Shown: positions 62,700 to 64,000 of the stretch, one piece after another
Position numbering within the stretch: the stretch's first letter is position 1
Layout: the number at the start of each line of letters is the position of its first letter
Source of the DNA: Octopus vulgaris
Taxonomy: Eukaryota
DNA length: 64,000 nucleotides
Assembly: GCA_951406725.2 (NCBI GenBank)
Contig: OX597815.1
Coordinates: forward strand, 58,900,001 to 58,964,000
Direction: 5' to 3'
The notes under the pieces: model-generated
What the model saw: only the letters and a program-made list of their open reading frames with translations
The model's database searches: none
What the model was told of the DNA's origin: nothing
Position numbers and translations under genes: made by a program

Positions 62700-64000
62700 T
62701 CGTCATCATGATTTAGTGTCTGTTTTTACATGCTGGTATGGGTTAGACAGTTTGATTGGAATTGGTAAGCTGGAGAGGTGCACTAGGTTCCAGTCTCTTT
62801 TGGCTTGGTTTCTATGGCTGGATGCCATTCTTAATGCCAACCACTCAGTAGAGTGTACCTGCTACCTTTTATGTGTCACTGGCACAGGTGTCTTTGATGT
62901 GCTACTGGTACTGGCCATGACTACGATTTTTTTTTAGTTTGATCTGTCTTCACAAGCACTGCAAATCACCAAGAGTCTCAGTCACTTCTCATCACCTCAA
63001 TGAATCTCAACATCCAACAATCATATTTTACCATTTCATCCCATTTCTTCCTGAGTTTACCTCTGCCACAGATTCCCTCCACAGTTAGAAATTGGCACTT
63101 GTTTATGCAACTGTTTTCATCCATATGCATTACATCACCATACCAGCATGGTCTCCTCTCTTGCACACTACATTTGATGCCTCTTATACCCAATTTTTCT
63201 CTTTAGATACCTAACTCTGTTGTACCTGCACTGTGACATTGCATGTCTAGTGGAACATGCTAGCTTCATTTGTTTCAAGCCTTCACATGTCTACAGCAGT
63301 CACAGCCTATGCTTCACTGCCATGTAGCGTGGCTGTTCATACAATCTACCTTTCACTCTTAGGGAGAGCCCCTTTATTACCAATAAAGGTAACAACTCTT
63401 TGAATTTCGCCCAGTCCATTCTTATTCTAGCAGCTATGTTCTCAGAGCATCCTCTTCCACTGATGACTTGGTTACCTAGGTAATTGAAGCTATCTACTAC
63501 TTCTAAATAGCCCCTAGGCATCTTATGGAGTCTATTCTTTGTACATTCCTAGTGTTTATTGTGCCTACACATCTACCACACAAAAACTACTTCCTCTGAT
63601 ATTGCTGCACCTCTTATGTGTTCATAGCTTGCACTAGGTATGCCTTATGGAATTTATACGTACACCTTTTCTACATGTCGAGCAGGGCCATCTCCCTGAA
63701 GGGATTTGTGATTTGTCTGTTTTCCTACTTACTAAGACTTTGGTCTTTGCTAAATTAACTCTAAGGCCCTTTGATTCCAGACCTTAATTCCACACCTGGA
63801 ACTTCTCTTGTTCTGGTAGTGAGTGAGCTATAAGAACAAGGTCATTGGCATGGAGAAGCTCCCAAGGGCAGCCTGACTTAAATTCCTTTGTTATAGCCTG
63901 GAGGACTATGATAAACAAGAGAGGGCTGAGAACCGATCCCTGGTGAACTCCTAACTGTACATTGCTATACTCATTCTCAACTTTCACTTACTGACAGCAT
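62700..64000 (-). mobile_element. Older degenerate RTE LINE 3' part, running off the window
   Basis: GVHQGSVLSPLLFII, GCPWELL and GRGKLRKKWDEMVK, followed by the 3' UTR. Confidence 0.88.

Overview
Eukaryotic, AT-rich, repeat-saturated DNA. The SINE/LINE families and extreme (TA)n content point to an octopod cephalopod (Octopus-like); this is an inference. The only host coding sequence I can support is the terminal coding exon of NRBF2 (minus strand, 2981-3669). I found no upstream NRBF2 exon, so the rest of the window is probably one intron of more than 60 kb. That interval holds very long (TA)n/(TACA)n tracts, a 100-N gap, an ORF2-intact CR1-group LINE with a disabled near-identical sibling, many RTE-clade LINE copies, a BovB-like RTE, an RLE-type (HERO/NeSL-like) fragment, Gypsy pol and LTR remnants, tRNA-derived SINEs, a MITE with 6-bp TSD and several fold-back elements. 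Four observations stand out. (1) A cluster of hammerhead-ribozyme folds at 49.4-51.6 kb, including an inverted pair and a G3-C8 core-covariant. (2) Two composite non-autonomous RTE-derived elements with 5' tandem monomers, one also with an internal VNTR. (3) A 25-bp templated copy of the NRBF2 splice acceptor inside a LINE relic that creates a candidate 42-nt poison exon. (4) A covarying 3' hairpin shared by SINEs and CR1-group LINEs. All alignments and folds were done by eye, and coordinates of degenerate repeats are approximate.
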